Positions 52,424 through 63,406 of a stretch of DNA of 64,000 nt are shown one piece after another. The stretch is from positions 1 to 64,000 of the forward strand of contig JBIIHW010000009.1 of the NCBI GenBank assembly GCA_044235425.1, written 5' to 3'. The notes beneath the pieces are model-generated. The model ran no database searches and had not been told where the DNA came from. It saw only the letters and a list, made by a program, of their open reading frames with translations. Every line of letters begins with the position of its first letter. Position 1 is the stretch's first letter. The position numbers and the translations under genes are program-made. Source of the stretch: Pirellulaceae bacterium. GTDB taxonomy: Bacteria > Planctomycetota > Planctomycetia > Pirellulales > Pirellulaceae.

Positions 52424-52526
52424 GAAGTCTCAGAGTCTCAGGAACTACAAGTCTCAGGAACTACAAGTCTCAGGAGCTACAAGTCTCAGGAGCTACAAGT
52501 CTCAGGAGCTACAAGTCTCAGGAGCT
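52424..52526. repeat. 16-bp tandem repeat (agtctcaggaRctaca) x~6
   Basis: Read directly from the sequence. It is intergenic between the RTX-like giant gene stop and the membrane-protein gene start. Confidence 0.9.
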
Positions 52527-52622
52527 TGCGCACCTGGCTAACGAATGCCATCGCACCACGGATTCACTCCGGCAACCGGGACAGCGACCCACAGAAATCC
52601 GGGATGAACCTGACTCTTGAAT

Positions 52623-55600
52623 TCAATTCAGCTGTTCGTTCGCCTCATCCAGATCGCTGACCAGGTCCTCTCCGAACCGCCAGAACCAATCCAGTTCGTC
52701 GCCCCCGAGCAGCGTATCGACTGCGGCATCATCTAAGCAGGTCGTGGTGTCCAGGAGGGCGGTGCCATTGAGCCCTGGGGGCAGCGAGTTATCGGCAGCT
52801 CCAGTTCCGCCCGCACTCACCGAAACCACTCGCAGGTTGCCGATGCGCGCCGCGAAGACCAAGTCCGTGCGTTGCCATTCGGCGATGAGCGACTGATAGG
52901 ACGCTCGACTGACTGTCCCTGCCGCTTCATCCTGATAGGTTTGCAATCCGCCGATGAGGATATCGTCGGCAGAGTCGCCCGAGAGCTGATCGGAGCCGGA
53001 GCCACCGACGAGAATGTCGCGCCCGGCTCCTCCCGCCAGGACATCGTTTCCAGCTCCACCCAGTAGAACATTATCCAGCGAGTTACCTTGCAAGGTATCG
53101 GCCAACGGAGTGCCAACGATATGTTCGATCGGCGTGGCAGAGCCCAAGATGAGCTTGAGCTGCGCGTTCACGGTCTGCAGGCTGGTGCTTCCCAGATCGA
53201 CCGAGACGCCGGTGGTCGATGAGCGGGAAAAATCAAGCCAATCCTGGCCGGAATTATCAACGAGGGTATCGGTTCCTAAGGCCGAATCGGTGTTGAACAG
53301 GTACGTGTCATCGCCGTCACCACCATTGAGCGTGTCATTGCCGCTCGACCCGATCAGCAGATCCTGACCTTGCAGGCCGACGAGTTGATCATCGCCGCTC
53401 CCGCCGGTGAGCTGATTGTCGTTGGTATTGCCTGTGAGCAGGTCGGCCAGCGAGCCACCCGTGAGATTCTCAAAATCGCTTCCCAGTCCGACGTTAATCG
53501 TCAGGTTGGAATGCACCACTTGGGAACCATCGCTGGCGAGACTGAAGGTAATTGCCACGGTCGTGGTGAGCGAAAAATCAATGGTGTCGTTGCCACCAGC
53601 AGCTTCATCCAGTTGATCGGTGCCTTGGAGCGTGTCGACGTCGAATCGATACGTATCGTTGCCCGCTCCACCGCGCAGCAGATTGTTGAGGCGATTGGAG
53701 GTAAACGTGTCGTTGAGTGACGTGCCGTAAACATTTTCAAAGGACACATTCGTACCGAGGTTGAGCGACAGATTGCTGTTGACAACCTGGGCGACCGTCG
53801 TAGCCAAATTGAGACTCACACCGAGCGTTGTGGAACGGGAGAAATCGAGTAGATCGGTGCCTGCCGAATCAGTCAGCGTGTCGGATCCCAGCGCCGTGTC
53901 GGTATTGAAAATGTAGAGATCATCTCCGGCGCCGCCATTGAGCGTGTCATTTCCGGCGAGACCGATCAGCGTATCATCCCCCTCCAAGCCACTTAGCGAA
54001 TTCGCATTCCCATTTCCGGTCAGTAGATCATTGAGTGGCGTGCCAAGAATGTTTTCCAGGACGTTGCCGGCCCCGAGAGTAAGCTGGAGATTCGCATTCA
54101 CCGTTTGGGGCGCGGCTTGACTGAGATCCATCGTTACGGGTAGCAGCAGCGTGCTGGAAAAATCAAGTGTGTCGGTACCACCGCTGGCGGTCTCCGTGAC
54201 TGAGTCCGTACCTAAGTCGGTATCGGTATCAAACACAAAGCGATCATTTCCCGTACCGCCAATCAACTGATCGTCGCCGCCCAGTCCCGTGATCACATCG
54301 TCACCCGCGCCACCATTGATCACATTGGCCGCGTCATTGCCCGTCAAGTTATCATTTAAAGAACCACCGGTCAGGTTTTCAAAACTAAGATCCGTCCCCA
54401 GATCGATGGTGAGATTCGCATTAATCACCTGGATGCCGCTGGACAACAAACTGAAGGTCACCGGCACGCTGGTGGTCAGCGAGAAGTCGAGCGTATCGTT
54501 GCCGGAGCCCGCTTCGACCAGTCGGTCACGACCCTGGGCGCTTCCCACGTTGAAGCGATAGGTATCATTGCCCAGCCCGCCCATTAACACATTATCGGCT
54601 TGGTTACCGACGAGCGTATCGTTGTTGTTCGTGCCAATCACGTTTTCGATCAGACTGGAGGCGGTCAACGTGAGCCCCAAATTGGCATTCACCGTTTGCG
54701 CCGTCGTTTGGCTCAGATTGACAGCAACCCCGAGCAGCGTGCTGTCCGAAAAATCGAGTGTGTCCATTCCGGCGGAATCATTGATCGTCTCACTGCCAAG
54801 TGCGGTATTGGTGCCGAAGCGGTACGTATCATCTCCTTCGCCGCCATTGAGCGTATCACTGCCACCGAGACCGGACAGCGAGTCGTTACCAGCACCGCCA
54901 CTTAAGTTGTTCGCGTTCGTATTCCCCAAGATGGTGTCATTCAGCGGACTACCCACTACATTTTCTAACTGATCATTCGCCGTGAGGATCAAACTCAAGT
55001 TGCTGTTGATCACCTGGGCTGTTGTTTGGGAAAGATTGACTGCAATGGGCAAGAGTGTCCCGGTCGAAAAATCGAGCGTATCGCCGGTCCCTGACGTGTC
55101 ACTGATCGAATCGGTGTCCAGGTTGGTATCGGTGTTGAACAGATAGCGATCATTCCCAAGGCCGCCGATGAGCGAGTCGTCGCCGGCCAACCCGACCAGC
55201 AGATCATCGCCTCCATTGCCGGTCAGGACATTTTTACGCGCGTTACCGGTGAGCGAATCAGCGAGGGAGCCGCCGATGAGATTTTCAAAATTCGAGGAAT
55301 CAACCAGGTCGACGGTCAAATTCGCATTCACCACTTGCAAGCCATCCTGCGACAGCGAGAACGTCACTCCGACTGTGGTGGTGAGCGAGAAGTCGATGGT
55401 GTCGTTGCCGGTACCCGATTCCTGGATGAAGTCGACATCCTGGTACGTGTCCACATCAAATCGGTACGTATCATCCCCCAAGCCACCCCGCAAGTAATTG
55501 CTGAGTCGGTTGGAGGTCAGCGTATCATTGAGGGACGTGCCATGGACGTTCTCAAAGACCGCCGTCGTTCCCAGGTTCAAAATCAGATTACTGTTGACGG

Positions 55601-58469
55601 TCTGATTGCTCGTGGCCGAGAGATTAACCGCGACTCCCATCGTGGTAGACGAGGAGAAATCAAGCAGATCGGTACCGCCGGCATCGGTCAGGGTGTCGGT
55701 GCCGAGTGACGAATTGGTATTGAAAAAATAGATGTCATCGCCCAGACCGCCATTCAGGCTGTCATTTCCGCCGAGTCCTTGGAGCTGGTCATTACCGCCG
55801 CTACCCTGCAAGGAATTGGCGGATGCGTTGCCGATGAGCTGGTCATTTAAAGCGGTGCCCAAAATATTTTCGGTGCCCGTGGCCGAAGCCAGCGTGAGCG
55901 TCAGATTGCTGTTCACGACTTGAGCCGTGGTGAGGCCCAGATTCACCACAATCGGTAACGTGGTCGTGGCGGAGAAGTCGAGCGTATCGGAGCCGCCTTG
56001 AGTATCGTCGACTCGATCTGCCCCAAGCGGCGTATCCGTGTTGAAAAAATAGCGGTCGTTGCCGTCGCCACCGATGAGCGTGTCGTTGCCCGTGAGGCCG
56101 ATCAGGGAATCCGCGCCTGGACCGCCGCTGAGCGTATTGTTCAGGGAGTTTCCGATCAGCGTGTCGCCCAGTTCACCGCCCACGACATTCTCTATCGCGG
56201 TGCTGGAGCCGAGGATCAAACGATGATTGGTGTTGACGACTTGTGCCGTCGCAAGCCCCAAGTCAATTGTGACCGTCTGCGTGTTGGTAGGGGCATAATT
56301 CAGCGAGTCGGCAGTGCCCGACGAATCATCAATCGTGTCGGTGCCCTGAAATGTGTTGGTGATAAAGCCATAGGTATCACTGCCCGCTCCACCACGAAGC
56401 AGATTGTCACGTCGATTGCCCAACAGCACGTCGTTCAGCGGAGTGCCAATAACGTTTTCCAAATCATCCTGGCCGGGTAGTGAGAGGCGCAAATTGCGAT
56501 TCACCGTCTGATCATCGAGCGACGCTAAATCGACACTCACCGATAATGTGGTCGTTGCCGATAAATCCAGCGTATCGACGCCGCTGACGTCAAAAATCGT
56601 CACCGTCCCCAGGGCCGAATCGGCGTCGAAGAGATAGGTGTCATCCCCAGCTCCACCTTCCAGCAGATCATTGCCCGCTAATCCCTGCAGCAGATCCGCA
56701 CCAGGACCGCCCACCAGATGATTCGCCAGGTTATTTCCGATCAGAGTATCGTCCAGTGATCCTCCCACGACGCGTTCGATCACCGTGGCTGCCGAAAAAG
56801 TTAACGACAAATTCGCGTTGATTGTCTGCGCCGTGGCCTGACCGAAATTGAAGGCGATGACCTGATTCTCGGTGGCCGAAAAATCAACGGTATCCAGTCC
56901 GCTATTGCTGGCCTCGTTAATCGTGTCAGCACCGAGTGGGTTATCGGTGTCGAAGAGATAGGTGTCATCTCCCAGACCGCCGAAGAGCGAGTCATTGCCG
57001 CTTAAGCCGGCCAGCGTGTCGTCACCACTGCCGCCACCGATCGAGTTATTAGCAGCGTTGCCGGTCAGTTGATCGTTGAGAGATCCGCCTAGAAGATCTT
57101 CTAAAATCGTACCGGCGCCGATCGTCAGCGTCAGATTACTGGTGACGAGCTGTGCGGTGGTGAGCGAAAAGTCGAGCGTCAGTCCGACGGTCGTGGTGGG
57201 CGAGAAGTCGACGAAATCATTCGCACCGTCCGAATCCAGGATCATGTCGGCGCCGAGCGGGCCATCGGCGTCAAATCGATAAACATCGCTTCCTGCTCCA
57301 CCCTGAAACGTATTGTTCGCGGGACCACTAATGAACAGATCGTTGAGGGGTGTGCCGATGACGTTTTCAAAATTCTGATTGTTCGTAAGCAGCACGGTGA
57401 TATTGGCGTTGAGTGCCTGCGCTGAGAAGAATCCTGTATTGATGTTGATCGATTTGGTCGTCGTCGCAGAAAAATCCAGCGTGTCGATTCCATCCACATC
57501 CTGGAGGATATCAGTCCCCAGCGGCGAATCAGCATCAAACAGATAGGTGTCGTTCCCCGATCCGCCGATCAGTTCGTCGGCACCATCAAGCCCCAGCAGG
57601 ATGTCATTACCCGCGGCACCATCCAAGCGATTGGCACCGGCGTTCCCGGTCAGCACATCGTTGCCACCTCCTCCGACGACCTGCTCATAGTCGCTGCCCG
57701 AGCGCAAATTGAGCGCCAGATTGGAGTTGATGACTTGCGTCGTGGCAGAGCCTAAATTTATCCGGACCGGCTGAGACTGCGTGGGGGAAAAATCCAGAAC
57801 TTCAATTCCGCCGGGGGATTCGGTGAGAGTATCGGTGCCCAGCGACTCATCGGCGTTGAACTGATAGCGATCATTCCCGCTTCCACCACTGATCGCATCG
57901 TCGCCACCGCCACCCAGCAACAGATCATCACCTGCATCGCCAGACAACGAGTCCGCGTCAGCACCACCATCCAGCACGTCATTGCCGTTGCCACCAATTA
58001 ATCGATCGGTGCCCGCATCGCCAAACAGCTGATCGTTGCCATCGCCACCAGTCAGTGAATCGTTGCCTTCACCGCCGCGCAGCAAATCGGCCGCAGGCGA
58101 GCCAGTCAGTGTGTCGCGGCCAGGGCCACCATCGAGCGTCACGGTTAAATTGGTGCCTGCGGCGAGCCTTGAGGGAGCAGTCAGACGATCATTGCCCTCC
58201 AGCCCCAGCACCGTGATGGACGAAACCGTTCCGACCGCAAATCGCTGGCTCAACCCACGAATCGTGTAAAACCCTCGAGATTGACTTACCAAGATGTCAT
58301 CGTTTCGGGGCGTCCCCTCAATCCGCAACTCCGTGCCGACCAGGGAGGCGGTGAGGGTCGCCGCCATCACTTGACGCTGTTCGAGAAATTCGCAGGACAA
58401 TTGACGTCGGCGCTGCTCCTGTTGTACTCGTCGGGCTCGCGATAAAAAACGCATGCTGCTCTTCCCCAC
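52623..58469 (-). CDS. giant hemolysin-type calcium-binding (RTX-like GGxGxDxL) repeat protein
   Basis: 1948 aa. It carries dozens of GGAGNDxLxGGxGDDTYxF nonapeptide-type Ca-binding repeat blocks interspersed with 'LDFSxTTTxxVxxNL' modules. The N-terminal motif is RRQLSCEFLEQRQVMAA. Confidence 0.75.
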   Translation of the reverse strand: MGKSSMRFLSRARRVQQEQRRRQLSCEFLEQRQVMAATLTASLVGTELRIEGTPRNDDILVSQSRGFYTIRGLSQRFAVGTVSSITVLGLEGNDRLTAPSRLAAGTNLTVTLDGGPGRDTLTGSPAADLLRGGEGNDSLTGGDGNDQLFGDAGTDRLIGGNGNDVLDGGADADSLSGDAGDDLLLGGGGDDAISGGSGNDRYQFNADESLGTDTLTESPGGIEVLDFSPTQSQPVRINLGSATTQVINSNLALNLRSGSDYEQVVGGGGNDVLTGNAGANRLDGAAGNDILLGLDGADELIGGSGNDTYLFDADSPLGTDILQDVDGIDTLDFSATTTKSININTGFFSAQALNANITVLLTNNQNFENVIGTPLNDLFISGPANNTFQGGAGSDVYRFDADGPLGADMILDSDGANDFVDFSPTTTVGLTLDFSLTTAQLVTSNLTLTIGAGTILEDLLGGSLNDQLTGNAANNSIGGGSGDDTLAGLSGNDSLFGGLGDDTYLFDTDNPLGADTINEASNSGLDTVDFSATENQVIAFNFGQATAQTINANLSLTFSAATVIERVVGGSLDDTLIGNNLANHLVGGPGADLLQGLAGNDLLEGGAGDDTYLFDADSALGTVTIFDVSGVDTLDLSATTTLSVSVDLASLDDQTVNRNLRLSLPGQDDLENVIGTPLNDVLLGNRRDNLLRGGAGSDTYGFITNTFQGTDTIDDSSGTADSLNYAPTNTQTVTIDLGLATAQVVNTNHRLILGSSTAIENVVGGELGDTLIGNSLNNTLSGGPGADSLIGLTGNDTLIGGDGNDRYFFNTDTPLGADRVDDTQGGSDTLDFSATTTLPIVVNLGLTTAQVVNSNLTLTLASATGTENILGTALNDQLIGNASANSLQGSGGNDQLQGLGGNDSLNGGLGDDIYFFNTNSSLGTDTLTDAGGTDLLDFSSSTTMGVAVNLSATSNQTVNSNLILNLGTTAVFENVHGTSLNDTLTSNRLSNYLRGGLGDDTYRFDVDTYQDVDFIQESGTGNDTIDFSLTTTVGVTFSLSQDGLQVVNANLTVDLVDSSNFENLIGGSLADSLTGNARKNVLTGNGGDDLLVGLAGDDSLIGGLGNDRYLFNTDTNLDTDSISDTSGTGDTLDFSTGTLLPIAVNLSQTTAQVINSNLSLILTANDQLENVVGSPLNDTILGNTNANNLSGGAGNDSLSGLGGSDTLNGGEGDDTYRFGTNTALGSETINDSAGMDTLDFSDSTLLGVAVNLSQTTAQTVNANLGLTLTASSLIENVIGTNNNDTLVGNQADNVLMGGLGNDTYRFNVGSAQGRDRLVEAGSGNDTLDFSLTTSVPVTFSLLSSGIQVINANLTIDLGTDLSFENLTGGSLNDNLTGNDAANVINGGAGDDVITGLGGDDQLIGGTGNDRFVFDTDTDLGTDSVTETASGGTDTLDFSSTLLLPVTMDLSQAAPQTVNANLQLTLGAGNVLENILGTPLNDLLTGNGNANSLSGLEGDDTLIGLAGNDTLNGGAGDDLYIFNTDTALGSDTLTDSAGTDLLDFSRSTTLGVSLNLATTVAQVVNSNLSLNLGTNVSFENVYGTSLNDTFTSNRLNNLLRGGAGNDTYRFDVDTLQGTDQLDEAAGGNDTIDFSLTTTVAITFSLASDGSQVVHSNLTINVGLGSDFENLTGGSLADLLTGNTNDNQLTGGSGDDQLVGLQGQDLLIGSSGNDTLNGGDGDDTYLFNTDSALGTDTLVDNSGQDWLDFSRSSTTGVSVDLGSTSLQTVNAQLKLILGSATPIEHIVGTPLADTLQGNSLDNVLLGGAGNDVLAGGAGRDILVGGSGSDQLSGDSADDILIGGLQTYQDEAAGTVSRASYQSLIAEWQRTDLVFAARIGNLRVVSVSAGGTGAADNSLPPGLNGTALLDTTTCLDDAAVDTLLGGDELDWFWRFGEDLVSDLDEANEQLN

Positions 58470-58765
58470 CGGTCGGTTCAGTCTGAAAGGATCTTGTCAA
58501 AAGACTCGACGTACCGCCGCTGTCCTCGCTTTGCGCCGTTAAAGTCCTCTGCCGATCCTACGTTGAGTCTGCGGAAAAATCCAGTTATCGGAAAGCCGCC
58601 AAAATTTTCACCAGAGGGTGGGCGAGTGCGCGCATCGGGAGATTGAGGTCCGACGCGAGGTTCGAAATTACGACAAAAGGCACGAGGGTTAAACCACTCG
58701 TGCCTTTCGCCGATTACGATCTGAACAGGTAAGGTAGCGAGTGACCCCGCCACCCCTCCCAGCAA

Positions 58766-59317
58766 CTACTTCACCACGTTGCCCGCAGCGGCCACGACGG
58801 CCTTTACATCCTTCTCAGCCAGCTTGTCCTTGCCAAACGCATGGTTGGCCTGGACCTTGCCCTTGTTCCACACCATCACGGTGACGTCCGCGTCACGCGA
58901 AATCTTGTAGCCATCAGGACCTTCACTCGTCTGGAAGACGGTGAGTGGCGTGTTGGACAACTTCTGCGTCTTGGCCATGGCCTTGAGCTTCGGCTCGGCA
59001 GCATCTGGCTCGTCCGACAGATAGACCACGAAGGCCTTCATCGACTTGCCCTTGTTTTGACCAACCGTGTCATCGATCTGCTTCACCAAGCTGGCGACAT
59101 CATCGCCCAGACGTCGAGTGAAAACAGCGACCACGGGATTGTTGCCATACTGGCAGCGATAGCACAGAGTCTTGCCTTCGCTAGGACCCGAGCAATCCTT
59201 GACGTCAAACGCGCCAACGAACTCACCCACGGCCAAACCCGACTTCACGTCCGCCGCCCAGGCTACACCGGCAGTTGCCAGCAACACCGCTACCAACGCG
59301 AGCACTCGCTTCATCAT
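58766..59317 (-). CDS. secreted hypothetical protein with CxxC motif
   Basis: Cleavable signal peptide (MMKRVLALVAVLLATAGVAWA) and CYRC. A thioredoxin-like fold is possible but not supported. Confidence 0.4.
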   Translation of the reverse strand: MMKRVLALVAVLLATAGVAWAADVKSGLAVGEFVGAFDVKDCSGPSEGKTLCYRCQYGNNPVVAVFTRRLGDDVASLVKQIDDTVGQNKGKSMKAFVVYLSDEPDAAEPKLKAMAKTQKLSNTPLTVFQTSEGPDGYKISRDADVTVMVWNKGKVQANHAFGKDKLAEKDVKAVVAAAGNVVK

Positions 59318-59755
59318 TACTCTCCCTCATGAATGACTTTGGATGCCACGCCCGTCGCCCAGTGCGACAGACGGGGTTATTCTAAAGATTACGAATCAAT
59401 TGTCGAGCATGGATGGCGAATCCCGCCCTTTTAATTGGGAATATGCTCCGACCCTACCGGTTGCGCTAAGCCGCCCCCGCCCGGCTCAACTTCGCCACCC
59501 CGCCGGTCGATCCTCTAGCATTGCTATGGCGACAACCAGCACTCAGCCCGATCCCGCAGCCCTTTCCCCAGCCGCTCCGACTCGTGCGGACGGCCCACTC
59601 GACGACTTAGACCTGCTGCGACGCAAACTCCTGGAACTCATCGTGCGAAACGAGTCGGTGCGCAGCGCGTCCGTACGAAATGAGCCCGTACGAAAACAAA
59701 TCGCGCCGGACTGCAACTCGTAAAATGCGAGCTAGGATAGATTCGCGTCGAATTT

Positions 59756-61357
59756 TTGGCGAATCCCTGGCAAACGGTTCCTGTCGTGGTCGCTTTACCA
59801 ACTATCTCGGATGAACGACTAACCGCGGCGGCGGCTGGCGCACGGGCGTTTCCCGCTACGGCCCGCACCGAGGTCTGCCCCTGTTCCCAGACGCAGGTTC
59901 CCCGCAAGTCGCTCGTTACCCTGCTGCTCCTGGCCAGCACGCTGCTGCCCCTCTGCCCCAGCATTCCCGCCTGGGCCGGTCCATTCGGTAATCAGAATAA
60001 TGTCTTGTCGGGAATCTTTGGCGGTTCTGGAGCTCCCGCCGCCGCCCCTCCCCTGGCCACGAGTAACCTGCCGCACCCATCCGTCTGCCGCATCATTGTG
60101 GAAGAAGGCGACGGCTCGCAGTCACTCGGCAGCGGCACCCTGGTCGACCTCCGCGACGACTATGGCCTCGTGCTCACCAACTGGCACGTCGTGCGTGATG
60201 TCAAAGGAAAAATCACCGTCGTTTTTCCCGGCGGCTTTCAGTCGCTGGCACGTGTTCGAAAAGTAGATGCGGACTGGGACCTTGCGGCCCTCATCATCTG
60301 GCGCCCCCAAGGCCTGACCCCCGTTCCGCTGGCCCCCTACACGCCACGCCTGGGTGAAGTTCTCACCATTGCCGGCTACGGCTCGGGGAACTATCGAGCC
60401 GCCACCGGTCGCTGCAGCCAGTTCGTCTCCCCGGGCGTACGGTTTCCACCCGACATGCTGGAAATCTCCGTCGAAGCTCGTCAGGGCGATTCCGGCGGTC
60501 CAATCTTGAATGAACGCGGTGAGCTGGCGGGAGTCCTGTTCGGCGCGTCCCGCGGTAGCACCACCGGAAGCCACGCCGGCCGAGTGCGCTGGTTTCTCAC
60601 GAACGTCATCCCCGCTAACAGTCAGCCCGGAACCGCCGGCAACGCGGCCCTCGCCCGCAATCCAGCCGCCGGCCCCGGAACTGCCGCGCCCACGACCGGC
60701 TCCCTTACCCCCAACCCGGCTCTGCCGGGTTCAGTTCCACCGGGTTCGGCTCTACCGGGTTCGGTGGCGACGGCCATTCCTTATCCCGGCAGCGGTAGTC
60801 CCGTTGCGGCCGGACCTGTACCCAGTCCCGCACCCGCCCCGGCCGCTTCGCTGGTAGCAAGTGGTGCGGACAATCGTTCCTCCGGCAATTCAAATTTCCC
60901 CGCCACCGATTCCCTGGGACCACTCGTTCCCGTCCCGCCACTCACCACCGATCAAGATCGCCTGCCCGTGGCCGCTGACCCACTCGCGATCGGCACCAAT
61001 TCCTCGTCGCCACCGCGATTGGCGACGCGAGATGAGGATGAGGCCGCACGGGAGTTCCGCACCGGTTCCGAAAGCGGCGCGACCGGCGAGCTAGCGGCAC
61101 TGAGCGGGCGCCCCGCTACCGCGTATGACGAAGTGCCGCGTGCGATGGCGGCTCATCAAGCAGATCATGCCGCTGCCAGCAGCAATTCGCAGGATCGTTC
61201 CACCGCCGCTCCCCGTGGCCTGTTCCTCGATGCCAAGATGTTTGAACATCTGAAATCGATTTTCGCTATCATGGGGCTCGTCGCTCTTGGCATGCGTCTG
61301 CTGAGCGGCGGTACGCCGGCGAAGTCCGAATCAAAATCCAAGTCTTCGCGGCGCTAA
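59756..61357 (+). CDS. trypsin-like (S1/PA clan) serine protease with Pro-rich C-terminal region and C-terminal hydrophobic anchor
   Basis: Catalytic-triad contexts TNWHVV (His), DxD/DLAAL (Asp) and GDSGGPI (Ser). The Pro/Ala-rich tail ends in a TM-like IFAIMGLVALGMRLL segment. Confidence 0.65.
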   Translation: MANPWQTVPVVVALPTISDERLTAAAAGARAFPATARTEVCPCSQTQVPRKSLVTLLLLASTLLPLCPSIPAWAGPFGNQNNVLSGIFGGSGAPAAAPPLATSNLPHPSVCRIIVEEGDGSQSLGSGTLVDLRDDYGLVLTNWHVVRDVKGKITVVFPGGFQSLARVRKVDADWDLAALIIWRPQGLTPVPLAPYTPRLGEVLTIAGYGSGNYRAATGRCSQFVSPGVRFPPDMLEISVEARQGDSGGPILNERGELAGVLFGASRGSTTGSHAGRVRWFLTNVIPANSQPGTAGNAALARNPAAGPGTAAPTTGSLTPNPALPGSVPPGSALPGSVATAIPYPGSGSPVAAGPVPSPAPAPAASLVASGADNRSSGNSNFPATDSLGPLVPVPPLTTDQDRLPVAADPLAIGTNSSSPPRLATRDEDEAAREFRTGSESGATGELAALSGRPATAYDEVPRAMAAHQADHAAASSNSQDRSTAAPRGLFLDAKMFEHLKSIFAIMGLVALGMRLLSGGTPAKSESKSKSSRR

Positions 61358-61383
61358 CGAACTCCGACCAGCGAAAGTCAGCC

Positions 61384-62460
61384 GTGTCCGCGCAGCGTGA
61401 TCAGCGTCGACGTTTTTTACAGCAAGCGATCCCAGCCGGTGCCGCTTGCTACCTGGCCGCCAATACCGCTTGGCAGATAAGTCCCGGTGGCCGCTCCCCG
61501 CCAAGGGCGGAGTTTTCGAGCGGTTTATTGGCGGCAGCCGAACCGCCAGCCGTGACCAGTCAGCCGCTACCGCAGCTAGGTTTCAGCCTCTATGGCATGA
61601 AAACATGGGCCTGGGCGGATGCCCTGCGAGAGCTGGCCGCCATTGGTTACCGCTGTGTGGAACTACCGGTAATGGCCGATTGGCCCTGGGACAGTCGGCG
61701 CTGGACCGCCGCCGAGCAGCGTGAATTTAAGCAGGGACTGGAGCGTCACGGCCTGCGTCTCAGCGCGCTGATGGAAAACCTCTCGTTGCTGCCGAACCTG
61801 CCCGCTAACTCCTCTCCCGCCGACAGGCTTCGGCTGGCACGTGAACAGCAGCAAGCCAACCTGCAGCGACTAGCCTACGCTGCCGATCTGGCACTCGCAT
61901 GGTCCAATCAGCACTCGACGCCGGCCGCACCGGCCCCCGTCATCGAAACGATCTTGGGCGGCAAACCTGCCGATTGGGCTCAGGACCGACAGCGAATGGT
62001 GGATGAACTCGGTGCCTGGGCCGAAGTGGCTGGACGCCAGCAGGTCGTCCTGGCGATCAAGCCGCATGTCACCGGCGCCTTGCATCGGCCCGAAGATGCC
62101 GCGTGGTTAATCGAACAGGTGCAGAGTCGTTGGATACGAGCCACGTTCGACTATAGCCACTACCAGCTACGCAACTGGAAGTTCGCCGACTGCTGGAAAA
62201 CGCTCGCCTCGGTCACGTCTTTCATTCATGTGAAAGATGCCGCTGGCGATGCGGGCAAGTTTCAGTTTTTACTGCCCGGCGCAGGCTCGATCGACTACCA
62301 CGAATACTTTCGCGCCGTGATCGCCAGTGGTTATCGCGGTGATGTCGTGGTCGAAGTCAGCAGCCAGCTGCATGGTCGTCCCGACTATGACGCGCGACGA
62401 GCGGCACGAGAATCCTTTGGGCCTTTGCAGAAAGCTCTGGCAGCCGCTGCACAGCCATGA
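61384..62460 (+). CDS. sugar phosphate isomerase/epimerase (xylose-isomerase-like TIM barrel), Tat signal
   Basis: An RRRFLQQAIPAGAAC Tat-like N-terminus and a TIM-barrel AP-endonuclease/xylose isomerase-like pattern. The start codon is GTG. Confidence 0.5.
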   Translation: MSAQRDQRRRFLQQAIPAGAACYLAANTAWQISPGGRSPPRAEFSSGLLAAAEPPAVTSQPLPQLGFSLYGMKTWAWADALRELAAIGYRCVELPVMADWPWDSRRWTAAEQREFKQGLERHGLRLSALMENLSLLPNLPANSSPADRLRLAREQQQANLQRLAYAADLALAWSNQHSTPAAPAPVIETILGGKPADWAQDRQRMVDELGAWAEVAGRQQVVLAIKPHVTGALHRPEDAAWLIEQVQSRWIRATFDYSHYQLRNWKFADCWKTLASVTSFIHVKDAAGDAGKFQFLLPGAGSIDYHEYFRAVIASGYRGDVVVEVSSQLHGRPDYDARRAARESFGPLQKALAAAAQP

Positions 62461-63344
62461 CCCACGACTCGCTCCGCCCCTACCTCTGGATGCTCTGTGG
62501 AGCTCTGTCGTTTGCCGCGATGAGCACCTTGGTGACCGTGCTGGGAGCCACCTGCGACTGGCAACTGATTGCCATCGTCCGCACGTTTTTGGCGATGGTG
62601 TTTGCGGCGGGACTGGCGGTCGCCTCCGGCGTGCCACTGGTCTATTTCCGCCCCGTCACACTCTGGATGCGAAGCTTGGCGGGAAGCATGTCGCTCGTCT
62701 GCGGCTTCTACTCGCTGACCCGCTTACCCACCACGGAGGTGATCGCCCTGACGAACATGTTTCCGATCTGGGTGGCACTGCTGTCGTGGCCCCTCCTGGG
62801 AACTCGACCGCCACGCGATGTCTGGCCCGCTGCCACGTGTGGCATCAGCGGCGTGCTGCTCATGCATCACTTGGATTTAAGTCACGGCAATCACGTCTGG
62901 CTGATCGCACTGGCCAGCTCCTTTTTTAGCGCCATTGCCATGATTGGACTCCATAAGCTTCAAGGGATCGACCCGCGGGCCGTTGTCACACATTTTTCCG
63001 CAGTTTCGCTCATCTTTGCGCTGGCCACTTGGTTCATCTTTCCGCGTCGAGAAACCTTCGAACCCCTGGGACTCTCCCAGCTCCTGATGCTCCTTGGAGT
63101 CGGCCTGACCGCGACGGTCGGACAGATTTTTTTAACCAAAGCGTTCGCCGCTGGTTCGCCTGGGCGAGTGTCGGTGGTGAGTCTTTCGCAAGTGGGATTT
63201 GGGATGCTGATTGAATGGATCTTTTTGCGCCGCGCGTATGGCGGGACCACAATGCTCGGCATTATCTTAGTGCTGGTTCCGACTGCTTGGCTGATGTGGC
63301 GCGCCCCTCGTCCGGTCGTTCACACTCCGCTGGCTGACGAGTGA
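62457..63344 (+). CDS. EamA/DMT-family transporter
   Basis: Ten predicted TM helices with two EamA-like repeats. Its start overlaps the upstream stop by 4 nt. Confidence 0.6.
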   Translation: MTHDSLRPYLWMLCGALSFAAMSTLVTVLGATCDWQLIAIVRTFLAMVFAAGLAVASGVPLVYFRPVTLWMRSLAGSMSLVCGFYSLTRLPTTEVIALTNMFPIWVALLSWPLLGTRPPRDVWPAATCGISGVLLMHHLDLSHGNHVWLIALASSFFSAIAMIGLHKLQGIDPRAVVTHFSAVSLIFALATWFIFPRRETFEPLGLSQLLMLLGVGLTATVGQIFLTKAFAAGSPGRVSVVSLSQVGFGMLIEWIFLRRAYGGTTMLGIILVLVPTAWLMWRAPRPVVHTPLADE

Positions 63345-63406
63345 CATCGCATCCATGACCGCACGCGCGATCGCGCCGCTTTCTTCTCTCGCAAGGATCA
63401 TCGTCC

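Noticed and set aside
52324-52620. 98-aa plus-strand ORF with SGTTSLRSYKSQELQV repeats
   Set aside because: It is the translation of the 16-bp intergenic tandem repeat and is a repeat artefact.
59343-59723. 126-aa ORF upstream of the serine protease gene
   Set aside because: It is low-complexity (SVRSASVRNEPVRK repeats) with no signal or family resemblance. It is more likely promoter or leader sequence for the protease gene.
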